The notes under the pieces are model-generated. The model worked only from the letters and a program-made list of their open reading frames with translations. It had not been told where the DNA came from and made no database searches. The position numbers were made by a program, and so were the translations under genes. Below are positions 1-13,200 of a stretch of DNA of 64,000 bases, piece by piece (position 1 is the stretch's first letter; each line of letters opens with the position of its first letter). Origin of the DNA: Strigamia acuminata (Eukaryota); assembly GCA_949358305.1 (NCBI GenBank), contig OX442314.1, positions 32,054,001 through 32,118,000 on the forward strand, written 5' to 3'.

Positions 1-2186
1 ATCAACCACTTAAGTGCTTGGTGATCCGTTTGTACAGTGAATGTAGTGTACTCTAAGTATGGGCGAAATTTGCGTAATCCCCATACTACTGCGAGACATT
101 CCAATTCTGTCACAGTATAATTCTTTTCAGCGGGTTGCAAGCTTCTGCTTGCATACACGCATGGCATTTCGACTTCTTGGCCATCCACATTTTTCTTTTG
201 TGTAAGGGCTGCACCCAACCCTTGTCTACTGGCGTCAGTATGAACAATAAATGGCATGTACAAGTCAGGCATCTTCATTGTTTCAGCATTCGTAAGCAAG
301 TCTTTTATTGCGTCGAATGCTGCTTGATGATGCAGTTCCCAATCGAACTCCGCATCTTTCTTCAAGAGAGGCCTTAGTGGTTCTGCCACTGTGGCCAAAT
401 TCTTGATTAGGCGGTGAAAGAAATTCACCATGCCTAGAAATCTTTGTAATTCCTTAAGATTGGTAGGAGCCGGAAATTGCGTAATTGCAGCGACTTTTTT
501 AGGGTCTACTGCAAGTCCTTCTACCCCTACTTTGTAGCCTAGAAAAATTAATTCCTTTCTACAGAGATGCGTCTTGCCAGGATGCGCATGTAAATTAGCT
601 TCTGCCAATTTTTTAAACACTATATCTAAATGTTTAATGTGTTCATCGAACGATTTGGATACAACAATTATGTCATCCAAATATGCCCATGCAAATTTTC
701 TATAAACGTCACCTAAAACTTTTTCCATCAATTCTTGGAAAGTAGTTGGTGCGTTTACTAATCCGAAAGGCATGACTAAAAACATTAGTCTTCCCATTGG
801 GCTCCAGAAGGCAGTTTTTTCTCTGTCTTCAGGTCGCAATTCTATCTGCCAATATCCCTTGGTCAGATCTATCGTACTAACCCATTCGAATTCTCCGATT
901 TCTCGCAGAATTTCCTCAATTGTTGGCATTTGAGGTGGGTTGTACTTAGTATGTGTATTGATGGGGCGAAAATCAATACACAGACGTGGGTCGTTTCCTG
1001 GTCGCATGACTAGGACTGGCCGCATTCCGTAATCGCCTTCAGCTTTGACGACTACGCCTTTGTCAATCATGTCTTGACAAAGTTGTCTAATTATTTCCCT
1101 TTTTTGAGGGTTTATGCTCTTAAAGGGGACACGGATGGGTTTCTCCGTGTCAAGCTCAATTTTGTGCTTAACCAGGTGTGTTTTACCTGGATCTTTAGAA
1201 ATAATCCTTTTATGTTTGGATAACATCTTTTCTAATAATTTGGATTGCTCCAAATTTAAGTTAGCTTCTTCGACTAACTTTTGGATGAAATTCTCTTCAT
1301 CAATTTTGCCTTGAGTTACACTTGCAGCGTAAGCTTTTGCAAAGGTCATAAATGAGGAATCGGGTTCCTCTATTTTCTCCAAATAACGTTCCAGCAACGC
1401 TTGTGGAATGTAGGGTAAATCTGCATCCACAGGTTGCGTGAAATTCCAAGACATCGTCTGTGGATTAGGTTGGATTTTTAATTTATTCATAAAATCGCAA
1501 CCCAATAGTACCATTGGATACTTATTTGGTATTACGATGAACGGATGACGTAACGTGCCATGTGTCCATCGAAATGAGAGATGGATGGTTCCATCTGGAG
1601 TGACTTCTTCACTAGCCGTCGTAACTCTGACACCAGGTCCGATAGGTCGTAGATATTTTTCTAGACCTAATTGATTAATAACTGAAGTGGCTAGGAAGCT
1701 TTTATTTGCTCCTGAGTCCAACATTCCAGTTATTACACCTTTTAACGTTTCTAACTTTAACGTTGGAAGGTCATGGCTGTTTGGTATCCCAGCCACTTTG
1801 CACTCAAACTTGCGCAATTTATGAGGAACTGTAATTGGAGGCTCCAAAGGCAGTTCGTCTAATAACTCATTGGCATCAAGAGTTGTAGTTGCAAATAACT
1901 TAATGCACTCCTCAATTCCAGGTGTCTCTGAAACTGAGCTTGGTCTATCGTCTTTAACTTCGACTTTATCTTGAATATTGGAAGTGTCTTCTTCGGTCGG
2001 AATTTCGCCGACAATCTCCTTTTTTAACTCAAGAGATTCTTTTTCTTTTAGTTCTGTTTGACGAATTAATTCATCAATAACTTTTCCAACATCTTCCATT
2101 ATCTTCAGATTTTCATTCTCTGATTCCGATTTCGGAGGTGACGCAGCGTCCACTAGACCGGATGGATCTGCGTCTACAAGTTTTTT
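1..2186 (-). CDS. pol: Gypsy pol (protease, RT, RNase H), partial, -1 frame relative to gag
   Basis: Manual translation gives GMLDSGANKSF (~1700), AYLDDI (~669-686), PFIVHTDAS (~230-260) and ECLAVVWGLRKFRPYL...TDHQALKWL. The motifs checked share one frame, which runs off the window. Confidence 0.92.
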
Positions 2187-5100
2187 CGAAACATGTCAGT
2201 TATGATCTTGACTGCTTTTTCAAACTCAGCTGTTGACACTGGTTTGTCCTTTTTAGAGGAAGGGCAGTCTTTTTGCCAATGCCCTAATTTTTTGCATAAA
2301 TTGCATGGATCAGTGGCAGGCGATTTCTTTTTTGTTGCTGCTGGTGAGGCAGAACGAGAACGAGCGTCAGACCGGCGCTCGGGCGACACCGCAGGTGACT
2401 TTGAATTCCTTTCGGTATTCACCTTTGATGCGTCAAATGAAACATTTTTTGGTTTCATTCTTGGCTTCCATTTGCCTGCAACGGGGTTATTTTTTGCTAA
2501 CAACGCCGCTGCTTTGGCCAATAAAGCCAACGTCTCATCTCCTGCTTCCTCCTCCTCTTCAGCTTCTTCAGCTTCAGACGGCGGAGTTTCAGCTCCAGTT
2601 ATATTTGCATGTAACTTAGGGACTGAATGAGGATTTTTGACGTCCTTTTTGGAAGATTCTTTTTTCGAACTCTTCCCTTCCACTTCGTCTAGAAAGTCTT
2701 CGTAACTAGGTGGCTGCAACAATTTCAAACCATTAAAGGTTTCATTGTTTTGCTCAGCGAGTCTTTTCTCTCGCTTTAAGTACGCTGACCTTTCGGCATC
2801 TGTAAGGTAAGCTTTGTACTTTTCGTCAATGCGCAATTGATTGACCTCCATGAACTCGTTTAACTCGGAGAATTTCCCCGGGTCGGGAGCGTCCGACATC
2901 ATCAGAATATTTTTACTATATTCTGTGAGACCAGCTCTAAACTGATCATCTGCTGTTGCATCAGTAACAGCATGTGGCATTCTGCCAAGCAGATTCTCTG
3001 CTCTTAGCATGTACGAATGTAAGCTTTCGCCTTTTCGTTGCTTAAGACATCTCCAGAGCGTCTTGATGTCTTCGCTCGATTCACCAAATTTAAACATGAA
3101 TTGTTTAACGAAGTCATCCCACTTTGTGAAGTCTTTCCTGCGAAACCACTCCTTGACATCGCCAACCAGTATTCTTGGTACTAGATGGGCCAATGCACCT
3201 TCACAGCCAAAACTGTGAACTTTGCCTAGTTCGAATATTTCCAGCAAGAGGTTTGACCCTGCTTGCCAATTTCCGTTATAGGCATGTGGGATAACTCGAT
3301 CCCATCTAATGAACTTTTCATCTGTTGTTTGATGAGTCCATTTATCAGAAGTAAATTCATTTATTTTTTGTAAAATAATTTTATCCCTTCTGTTTTTTCG
3401 CTGTTGTTGAGCATTTTGCCTCAACAACTGGTCAATCTCATCTTTCGTGTAAAAATCGGGTCTTTGAGTTCTACTACGTGTTCTGTGACGAGATCGCCCT
3501 CTCACACTGGGGTGTGAGGAATCTGTATCTGACGCAGATTCATGATTCGGATTTGGCGGCGGATCAGGGTCCGGAGAATCGTCGCCATCTGGCGGACGAC
3601 GGTCTCCATTTGGTGGTCCCCTTCTATTTCGATTGCCATTCGAATTGTGGTCACGTGAGTGGCCACCTCCATGTCCATCTGAACTATCTCCACCAGGCGG
3701 GTCACCACCTGGTGGATTTCCACGGTATCTCGGCCCATCGCGGATGTCGTTGTGACAATCTCGTTTTGGTGAACCTTCTCGCGGATTATCGTGTGACCGT
3801 CCACGATCGTGTGGTTTCTCACGTTCTTTATTCTTTTTCTCTAGCATTCCGATTAATCGGTCACTATTGCTAAAGAATCGATCCGAATCTTGCGTAACTT
3901 TTGGGGAATGATATTCGGTCGGGTCTGGTTGTCGCTTTCGCTTTTTGCGACTGTGATGACTATTACGGCTTCCACGACTACTGCGTGAGTCATCACTGTC
4001 AGTCCAGCTTGATTGTCGACTGACTTTTGGTTTAGCTGATGTTAAATCAATCAACTCAGGTGATTTGGAAGCACCTTTTTGCAAAACTGGGGCTGGCTTT
4101 GCAAAATTATCTTCGCCGCAAACGTCTTGTACTTTTTGTACGACTACTGCAAAGTTTTCTTGTACCGTCAATAGATCTGCGCGAAGAATTTCGTTTTCAC
4201 GAGCTTGCGCAGCTAAGTCGGCACGTAATAACTGCTCTGCAGTGCTTTGACTTTTGGCGGCTTGACCAGCATCAATTACTGACTGCTGTCGAGCGAGAAA
4301 TACTTCGTTTTCTCGTGGTGCTAATCTCTTAGCTCTTGCTGCTTGTTCTGCAGCATAATTCTCGTAATTTCGAGAACATGAGGGGATTGCTTCCCTCGCT
4401 CGAACTGGGGCGGTTAGTTCGGCAGTCATTAAATTTGTGTTGGCTTCTCGCAAATTTGCGTTGGCCAATCTCAAATTTTCATTAGCAATTTCTAAATCTT
4501 TTTGGGCTTGATTTAGTTGCTCGAGCCTTTGTTGATGCTCTTCGTCAGTAATTAGCCAGGAAGCTTTTTCCTGCTCTAAATTTAACAACTTAACATGATC
4601 ATTTGCACGTTGTTGTTTTAGTTCGGCATTTTGCTGATGCATTTCTGCATGCATTCGCTCGAACTCTGCTTGCAAGCTTGTTCTGACGATTTCAACGTCT
4701 TTTTGGCTTTGTTTGCGAACCATAGCTTTGTGTATTTGTTCCACAGTCATTTCGCTAGTGACTTTTACTCCCTCGAGCCTAGCTTGCTCACGGAGTGCGT
4801 CCATCATGGTGACACGCACGGGAGAATGAGAAACTTCCATATTGGAGTTCTCAGAATCTTGCTGTGCTGCACCTTGAACGGGTGATGAATTCAGCGAGTG
4901 CTCCGCACTTGACGATTGAATTCGTAAATTCAAATCATCGTTTTGCGACTTGGAACGGCCACTTCCAGTTGGATTATTTAAGTCCAACTGGCCGCTGGGC
5001 GGGGATGGCTGTTGTCGCTCCAACGCTTGCGTGAATTCATTCACGATTAACTGTGCCGAGTTACAGTTAGCTGTTTGATCCATGGCTTCAAACAGTTCTT

Positions 5101-5197
5101 GTGACTCAGTCACTTCTTGATCCACGACTGGTAGATCGATCGCCACTCGTCTCTTCGCCGGCCTTCCTCTCGGTCTCTTCTCTGAAGGAGTCGCCAT
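2174..5197 (-). CDS. gag: Gypsy Gag, 1007 aa, with coiled coil, retrotransposon gag domain and CCHC zinc knuckle
   Basis: Motifs WDDFVKQFMFKF...LKQRKGESLHSY and CNLCKKLGHWQKDC; lies directly upstream of pol. Confidence 0.92.
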   Translation of the reverse strand: MATPSEKRPRGRPAKRRVAIDLPVVDQEVTESQELFEAMDQTANCNSAQLIVNEFTQALERQQPSPPSGQLDLNNPTGSGRSKSQNDDLNLRIQSSSAEHSLNSSPVQGAAQQDSENSNMEVSHSPVRVTMMDALREQARLEGVKVTSEMTVEQIHKAMVRKQSQKDVEIVRTSLQAEFERMHAEMHQQNAELKQQRANDHVKLLNLEQEKASWLITDEEHQQRLEQLNQAQKDLEIANENLRLANANLREANTNLMTAELTAPVRAREAIPSCSRNYENYAAEQAARAKRLAPRENEVFLARQQSVIDAGQAAKSQSTAEQLLRADLAAQARENEILRADLLTVQENFAVVVQKVQDVCGEDNFAKPAPVLQKGASKSPELIDLTSAKPKVSRQSSWTDSDDSRSSRGSRNSHHSRKKRKRQPDPTEYHSPKVTQDSDRFFSNSDRLIGMLEKKNKEREKPHDRGRSHDNPREGSPKRDCHNDIRDGPRYRGNPPGGDPPGGDSSDGHGGGHSRDHNSNGNRNRRGPPNGDRRPPDGDDSPDPDPPPNPNHESASDTDSSHPSVRGRSRHRTRSRTQRPDFYTKDEIDQLLRQNAQQQRKNRRDKIILQKINEFTSDKWTHQTTDEKFIRWDRVIPHAYNGNWQAGSNLLLEIFELGKVHSFGCEGALAHLVPRILVGDVKEWFRRKDFTKWDDFVKQFMFKFGESSEDIKTLWRCLKQRKGESLHSYMLRAENLLGRMPHAVTDATADDQFRAGLTEYSKNILMMSDAPDPGKFSELNEFMEVNQLRIDEKYKAYLTDAERSAYLKREKRLAEQNNETFNGLKLLQPPSYEDFLDEVEGKSSKKESSKKDVKNPHSVPKLHANITGAETPPSEAEEAEEEEEAGDETLALLAKAAALLAKNNPVAGKWKPRMKPKNVSFDASKVNTERNSKSPAVSPERRSDARSRSASPAATKKKSPATDPCNLCKKLGHWQKDCPSSKKDKPVSTAEFEKAVKIITDMFRKNL

Positions 5198-5289
5198 TTT
5201 TCAATGAGGATTTAGAAAGGATAGAGAAGAAAGATAAGCAAGATAAAAATGGCGGGTAAATTTTAACTAACAAAGTTATACAATGACTA

Positions 5290-5306
5290 TCCCGGCTGGG
5301 CCCCCA
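5290..5306 (-). promoter_or_regulatory. Primer binding site, tRNA-Pro-like
   Basis: Minus strand reads TGGGGGCCCAGCCGGGA, 2 nt from the LTR end ...GCAGCA; resembles the tRNA-Pro PBS TGGGGGCTCGTCCGGGA. Confidence 0.7.
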
Positions 5307-6664
5307 CGTGCTGCGATCCGGGTTATTATCGCACTTATTTCTAATAAATAAGCACGAAACCGCAGGTGAATGCTATAAAAGACTTACAATCGGCGGCCAA
5401 AACTTGTCTAGGGTAAGTTTACAGAAATAAAGAGTCAGTTTTATCAATAAAAATACACTTTATATTTATTCGTTTAATTACAATGAAATGACTAGAAATA
5501 ATGATACGAGAGCGACAAGTCGCTGAATAATGAGCGGGAAAAATAACAATGAAGGGCTTGCAACGACTGTTGCAAGCTACAAAGCGTCAGAAATGGCGCT
5601 TAAACAACACAATGTTGTTGAGCGAAGGCAAATGTCTTCGTTTTCGCAAACTCACGAACGATGGTCGAAGACGATGGTTCTCGTGGGTTTCTTCTGTCCT
5701 CGTACGACGGCTCAGCGGCGGTGGTTCACGGGGCAGGCGTCCGGCTCTCGTTCGATGGCGGTGGCTGTCGTTCGCGCGGCAGCGACGGCGATGGTTCACG
5801 ATCGTCGGGAAACTTCTCGGTTACGATTGCTGGAATTAGCTTCGGCTAATTCAAGCAGGATAGCTGGCTTTGTAATTCGTTACAAAGCAAGCTGGTGAAA
5901 CTTGACGGTTACACGGTCCACTGTCAATACGTATTGTCGGAGCAGATATCGCAGTGATGTTGTGGGTTGTGTATTTTTGTCAAGAGTCCCAATTTGAGCC
6001 AAGGCGCGAGCCCAGCACGCTTCAATATTGCGCAGAAAACCTGCGCACTTAGCTCAAATGGGTGCAACTAGTGGTTATTACACCATATTGCACCATAACG
6101 GCTAATAACCGTTTTCACCCCGGACAACCTGGGGTGATATGTGCCTAGAGAGGATTTCTCCCCTCGGTCACATGATCTGACTTGGCGTGTGCCACAGTCA
6201 AATTAATTAGAAGACAATTAATTTTATCTTCTAAGTTGGTGAATATTTTGAGATCACCACAACACCTGCAACTAACGCACTGGCCACACGGTACTGGAAA
6301 CAGTCTGTATATAAATCTAAGCGTCACCAAACTGAAAGAGAGTAGGTGATGCAAGCCACAACCGTTGTGACCAGCTACCCCTGCACGCTGATCACTTTTC
6401 CTGCAGCGCAATGCACTTGATGCAGCTCTCGCGTTTCGCGCTTGCCTGTCTTATCTGCTTGTACCATTCAGCTCTACCTCCCTCCTATTGGTCCCTCTAT
6501 TTGGTCCAGTTCATTATTTCTTTTTGGTAATTACTTTTTATCTTGGCCTCAAATCTCATCCCTTGATATAGAGAACTAGTATACAACAGTCATTTTTGTG
6601 CTAATTAATAGTTACATGCAATATTGTTTGTAATTAATTTTTAAATTATAATAGCAGGCTTTAC

Positions 6665-7873
6665 CTGGCTTATAGTGAAATTATATTTTTTCAAAAACAA
6701 TGTTGTGTGAGAAATTTTTTCAAACTGACATCGTTGTTGCTCTGCACAATTCATCCCGAAGTTGGTTATTTGAAAAACGTTCCCATCAAATTGATATTTC
6801 AATTCCTGCAAGCTCAAACTCTAGAATTTAAGATACACAAATATATGTTACTTTCTTATTATGTTCAATTTTATAACTTTGCATCTGTTATAATCATAAG
6901 GATCAAATGTACTGAATGTTAATCTTGTAAAACAAAAATTACACAAATTTTAAACAGTGCGCACAAACATCACTGTGGTTTTCTTCTCAAGTAAAACACA
7001 TTATTTGCAGGGCCGGATATCGGTCTTGAATGTTATTAATTGATAACAAGATGAACATTTATATTATTTAACAATTGACTTACAGTACTATGTTCCGAAT
7101 ATGTGAACAAGTAAACTTTATTCTGTCTCCATACGACTAGATCCTGTAATAAGGGCAAATCTAGATAATACTTTGGATTTGAAGTTCCTAGTGTTTCCTT
7201 GATGACAAATATCAATATTTTATTTTCAATTGACAAGAAAGTGTACTGGACAAGCTGAAATGAAGATTTATTTTACAATGTAATACCAGTGTGTAACGTT
7301 AGAACTAGAACTAAAGAGAAGTGCTGTCAAGAGCAACAAGCATTCGGTCGACAAATATAACTAACTTAGTAGGATGATTAGATCATTACTTGCTCAAAAC
7401 TTTCTATCCAAATTAGAATGAGCTGAAAAGGAGCATAATTGAAATGCAATGATGTATTATCAAACCGTCGAGCTGACAATTGGATATTTCCTATCCAATT
7501 GACATGGATTAATTTCGTCACACAGTTTGACACTAGAATAGAAACACGAAGTAAATAGTAATATAAAACAAAATAAAATTTGAGATTTAGGAACCATAAT
7601 CATCCTGATAGTAAATGATGTGTATTATTCTCGGTTTTGTGATTTGTACAATATTAGACAATTGAAAATTGATTTCATTATTACAGTTAGCAATGAGTAA
7701 ATGAGATAAAGAAGTGTTTTCCCATGCTAATAGAAAAGATTAATGCACAATTACTCTAATGTGTTGCTGTACTTTTTAATTCTTAAGTATTTAGAATTTA
7801 TGTGATACATACTTCTCAAGAGCTTACTTTTTGAAATGTCGAAGCAAAAGAAAAACACACTTAAAATGTTCAT
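6665..7873 (-). CDS. IR-like gene copy A, exons 1-5; remainder presumably left of the Gypsy insertion, outside the window
   Basis: Starts MNILSVFFFCFDISK|GTAAG. Exons at ~7726-7595, 7532-7390, 7255-7085 and 6820-6665 are homologous to exons 2-5 of copies B-D, with GT-AG introns and no stops seen. Confidence 0.72.
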
Positions 7874-8409
7874 CCACCAAGTGGCATCCATACGGTCTCT
7901 TGTCTGAACTTTCAAAAGAAAAACACGACCACACAATGTGAAAAATTCTCGTGTTGTTGATCTGCTTTAGCAACTGTTGCTGAGTTTATTTTATGAAAGT
8001 TTATGTGTACTGGCATCCGGTGACTACATCCGACAAACACATGTGATGATGTCGATATTGTATCGACTCTAATCAGAATCAATTTGTAATTAAATACACC
8101 AACAGACTGAACGTGCGAGCATTTGAGTCAATATCAAAATAATAGTTCACACTTGAACCACTTTTGTGGAAGTTGCTACTTTTAGAAAGTCTAATTTCTA
8201 AATGTGTGAATGGGTACCCGTTCCAACGGCGAATCGCGTAAGGGCGAATTTCTAAAATTCGCCGTTGGAAACCTATTTTGACGTTTCCAATGGCGAATTT
8301 AATAAAATTCGCCATTGGAAACGTTTTTTGAGTGCCATTTCTGCTATTTGCCATTGGAAACATATTTTCCTGTTCCAAGGGCGAATGTGGAAAATTTGTT
8401 TGAAATATA

Positions 8410-9056
8410 AAATTCGCCATTGGAAACGCAAAAACGTTTCCAATGGCGAATACGTGTAGGTTGAAATTCGCCGTTGGAAACGCAAAAACGTTTCCAATGG
8501 CGAATACGTGTAGGTTGAAATTCGCCGTTGGAAACGCAAAAACGTTTCCAATGGCGAATACGTGTAGGTTGAAATTCGCCGTTGGAAACGCAAAAACGTT
8601 CCCAATGGCGAATACGTGTACGGTAGGTTGAAATTCGCCGTTGGAAACGCAAAAACGTTTCCAATGGCGAATACGTGTAGGTTGAAATTCGCCGTTGGAA
8701 ACGCAAAAACGTTCCCAATGGCGAATACGTGTACGGTAGGTTGAAATTCGCCGTTGGAAACGCAAAAACGTTTCCAATGGCGAATACGTGTAGGTTGAAA
8801 TTCGCCGTTGGAAACGCAAAAACGTTCCCAATGGCGAATACGTGTAGGTTGAAATTCGCCATTGGAAACGCAAAATCGTTTCCAATGGCGAATACGTGTA
8901 GGTTGAAATTCGCCGTTGGAAACGCAAAAACGTTCCCAATGGCGAATACGTGTAGGTTGAAATTCGTCGTTGGAAACGCAAAAACGTTTCCAATGGCGAA
9001 TATGTTTAGGTTGAAATTTGCCATTGGAAAGGGTTTTGCGTTTCTAACGGCGAATT
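8410..9056. repeat. 54-bp tandem repeat array, left arm of foldback copy 1
   Basis: Unit GCCGTTGGAAACGCAAAAACGTTTCCAATGGCGAATACGTGTAGGTTGAAATTC; two units carry a 5-bp insertion. Confidence 0.95.
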
Positions 9057-10023
9057 GAAATTGAACGCGCCTAGTGTGTATTTAAAGTGCTTGTGAGTCT
9101 CGAGCGAACGATTTGGTTTGTTTAATTCAAAGTGATCTTTATTTGTAACTCTAACTGGACGGAATTTCGTTGAAATTTAGCAAATTCCGATGAGATTTTG
9201 CAATTTTTTTGTAAATTTTGGTGATTTCCGATGAACTTACAGATTTTCGATGAAATTTCGTGATTTTTTCAAAGATTAAACATTTTCATCATGTTTTTAA
9301 GAAAAGAACAAATAAACAAATCAATCAATCAATCAATATCAAAATAATTCCGCCAATTCTTGTAACCAATCATTTCATTTTATTCTATCTAACAACATTG
9401 ATAAAATTAACGCCATATTGGAAGAGTTATTCTGATTTTGATCAATTGATTGATCGTGTTGTTATTAGGAGGGAAAAATAAGGCACGAGTAGCTGCATTC
9501 AAAAATTAAAATATTTTGTGGTTTATTTCAATTAAAAAAAAAGTGACATCATCTCCAGTCCTATTTATTAAATTAAACTATATTAATAATTTATTCAAAA
9601 CTGTAAGTATATATTTATTATAATTATTTAAAAAAATCAAAATTTAAACTTAAAATACACTTAAACTAAAATTGTATTTTTAGTTTTGAATGCAGCTACT
9701 GAATCTCATGTGCAGTGTGTTTTTATTTATATCACTTTTTACTACAAAGGGGTGGCCAACAACGGCTTGGGGCATTTTCCACATGTCCACTAACGAGGTC
9801 ACAGAAGCAAGGTTTGATTTAGCAACAAAAATTATATTTTAACTGATTGTTGATTTGTTTATTCATTTTTGTTGTTTTTTTCTTATTAATATTCCGAAAA
9901 CATTTAACACTTCCAAGAAACAATTAAAACATTAATTATTCTTTTTTTTGAAAACTTATATTTTAAAGTCTAAAAATATATCTTTTTGTTTCATTTCTTC
10001 TGGTAGAACTTACTGATGCTATC

Positions 10024-10228
10024 TAATGTGTCCCTTCGGTGGTTTTGTGATGTGTTATATGCATTTGTTGAAATGTCAAAAGATGGCAGCCATTGAGTTG
10101 GTGAGGAACAACTAAGAACAACTAGAGTCTTTTATTACTCTCTTAAAACAAGGAGGGTCAAGTCACCCAGAGGGGGGTGACTACTTCATACACAGATGTG
10201 GAGGAATAAAAATGAGCGGAACACTCCA
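10024..10228 (-). mobile_element. Solo-LTR-like insertion (205 bp) in the left foldback arm
   Basis: Flanked by 5-bp direct repeat CTATC and absent from the mirror arm (~12130). Minus strand runs TG...TA and contains AATAAA. Also present at 20989-21193. Confidence 0.6.
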
Positions 10229-13200
10229 CTATCCTATTGGTTATCCCTCCCCACCCCAACCTAGGGTCAATTTTGACCTCCAAAAGTGTTTTTATTTTTT
10301 TTTCTCAAAAACTATTGGAATTTTTATTCTGAAATTTCATGTATTTTCATTTAACATCATAACAAACAATAAAAAAATTAATAGATTTAAAAATCGCAAT
10401 AATGGAAGCAGAAATGCAAACCAAAAAATGCTCTTTTCTATCTCGAAATGAGATTTGTAAATTTTTAAACCAGTCTCATTCGACTGGAAATCAAAATCTC
10501 CACCTGCCTGCGTATTTTAGTTTTCGATTTGGTCAAGAAAAAGTACCATTATGATCCACCAAAGTCGGTGACCACATGGCAAATTTGGTGGGAAATTTGA
10601 AAAAGACTGATTTTTAAAACTCAACAATTTTAATGTTTAAATAAGATTTCCTAAGTGTAATTTGGCGCTAAAAACGATGGCGTCGTTAGTTTTTTAATTA
10701 AATTTAGTTAAAAGGGAGAAAACAGCAAATTACGGCAAAATAATAAGTAAACCGGAGCGCCACCTGGCGGAAGCCGTGACCGAAACGTAATGTAATGTAA
10801 TGAAAATGGACAACTGGGTGGAAAATTTTAAAAAAAAATATTTTAAAAAAATAACCGAAATGATCAAAGAAAAGTGTAGAAGGGGTTTAGAAACCTAATA
10901 TGTAATGCTTCCCTGCATTACAAATGTTTACTTGTTTACTGCCAACTTATCACCGCCAAAATAATACACTAAATCCTAAAACCGTCAATTTTTTTTCTAT
11001 TATTTGCTGTTCTTTCCTATTTTTTTTGGTAATTTTTGATGATTTTCTGTTATTTTCTGTTATTTTCGGTAATTTTTTGTTGTTATTTGGTGTTACTTTA
11101 GGTTATTTTGATAATTTTCAGCTATTTTTTTTTTTTAATTTTTTTTAAATTTTTGGTTGCTGGTATTTTGGATTATTTGCTGTGATTTTCTATTTTTCGG
11201 GTAATTTTTTTTAAATTTTGGTTGCTGGTATTTTGGATTATTTGCTGTGATTTTCTATTTTTCGGGTAATTTTCACTAAAAACCATGGTGAAATCGCAAA
11301 TCGGTGTTGGAATTTCTGTTCTTGTTTGTCGTTGATGACGTAAAAATAATGTCACATAGTGGCGGTATCTATAAACTTTGGAAAATCGTAATGGCGGAAC
11401 AATTACTGCTCGGTTCGAATTTCAACAGTGGTTTTAAACAATATCACGTAAGTTATTCATTTAAAACCGGTACATAACCGTTTTTAAGGCTATTTCAAAG
11501 CTATGAGAGAAATTTTTTATTTCGGTTAGTTTTTTAAAATATATTTTTTTAAAATTTTCCACCCAGTTGTCCATTTTCATTACATTACATTACGTTTCGG
11601 TCACGGCTTCCGCCAGGTGGAGCTCCGGTTTACTTATTATTTTGCCGTAATTTGCTGTTTTCTCCCTTTTAACTACATTTAATTAAAAAACTAACGACGC
11701 CATCGTTTTCAGCAGCAAATTACACTTAGGAAATCTTATTTAAACATTAAAATTGTTGAGTTTTAAAAATCAGTCTTTTTCAAATTTCCCACCAAATTTG
11801 CCATGTGGTCACCGACTTTGGTGGATCGTAATGGTACTTTTTCTTGACCAAATCGAAAAGTAAAATACGCAGGCAGGTGGAGATTTTGATTTCCAGTCGA
11901 ATGAGACAAATCTCATTTCGAGATAGGAAAGAGCATTTTTTAGTTTGCATTTCTGCTTCCATTATTGCGATTTTTAAATCTATTAATTTTTTTATTGTTT
12001 GTTATGATGTTAAATGAAAATACATGAAATTTCAGAATAAAAATTCCAATAGTTTTTGAGAAAAAAAAATAAAAATACTTTTGGAGGTCAAAATTGACCC
12101 TAGGTTGGGGTGGGGAGGGATAACCAAGAGGATAGCACCAGTAACTTCTACCAGAAGAAATGAAACAAAAAGATATATTTTTAGACTTTAAAATATAAGT
12201 TTTCAAAAAAAAGAATAATTAATGTTTTAATTGTTTCTTGGAAGTGTTAAATGTTTTCGGAATATTAATAAGAAAAAAACAACAAAAATGAATAAACAAA
12301 TCAACAATCAGTTAAAATATAATTTTTGTTGCTAAATCAAACCTTGCTTTTGTGACCTCGTTAGTGGACATGTGGAAAATGCCCCAAGCCGTTGTTGGCC
12401 ACCCCTTTGTAGTAAAAAGTAATATACTGCACATGAGATTCAGTAGCTGCATTCAAAACTAAAAATACAATTTTAGTTTAAGTGTATTTTAAGTTTAAAT
12501 TTTGATTTTTTTAAATAATTATAATAAATATATACTTACAGTTATGAATAAATTATTAATATAGTTTAATTTAATAAATAGGACTGGAGATGATGTCACT
12601 TTTTTTTAATTGAAGTAAACCACAAAATATTTTAATTTTTGAATGCAGCTACTCGTGCCTTATTTTTCCCTCCTAATAACAACACAATCAATCAATTGAT
12701 CAAAATCAGAATAACTCTTCCAATATAGCGTTAATTTTATCAATGTTGTTAGATGTTGTTTGATATTGATTGATTGATTGATTTGTTTATTTGTTCTTTT
12801 CTTAAAAACATGATGAAAACGTTTAATCTTTGAAAAAATCACGAAATTTTATTGAAAATCGGTAAAGTTCATCGGAAATCACCAAAATTTTCAAAAATTG
12901 CAAAATCTCATCGGAATTTGCTAAATTTCAACGAAATTCCGTCCAAAACTTTTCTCAATAACTTCAATATTTGTGGTCCTGTTTTAACTATAAAAACATC
13001 ATGTGTATATTAACCAATCGATTTCACCTGAGTTTATATACAATTTGACATAGAAATGAACCAAATACACTTGAAATTGGTCATTTTCATCCAATGAACC
13101 CACCTATTTTAGTGATCCTTCACCTTGCAAGTTCACAAACATTTAAAACACTTAAAAAACAGCATTCTTTAAATAGTTTTCGATGAAATTTAGTGATTTT

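Larger units (their letters stand above)
1..5953 (-). mobile_element. Ty3/Gypsy LTR retrotransposon, 5' part; 3' end lies beyond the left window edge
   Basis: gag with CCHC knuckle, then PR-RT-RNase H in Gypsy order. tRNA-Pro-like PBS next to an LTR edge at 5309. The far LTR end (~5953) is uncertain. Confidence 0.93.

Noticed and set aside
2193..4885. Plus-strand ORFs overlapping gag, and similar ones over 21538-24549 and 58215-63217
   Set aside because: Antisense shadows of retroelement ORFs.
8410..9056. Palindromic regularly spaced repeats resembling a CRISPR array
   Set aside because: The spacers are identical, no cas genes are present, the context is eukaryotic, and the arrays are transposon arms.
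8079..9058. Repetitive ORFs (FAIGNVFAFPTANFNLHV etc.), also at 13456-14129, 19422-20022 and 26538-27211
   Set aside because: Artefacts of a 54-bp unit that is stop-free in several frames on both strands.
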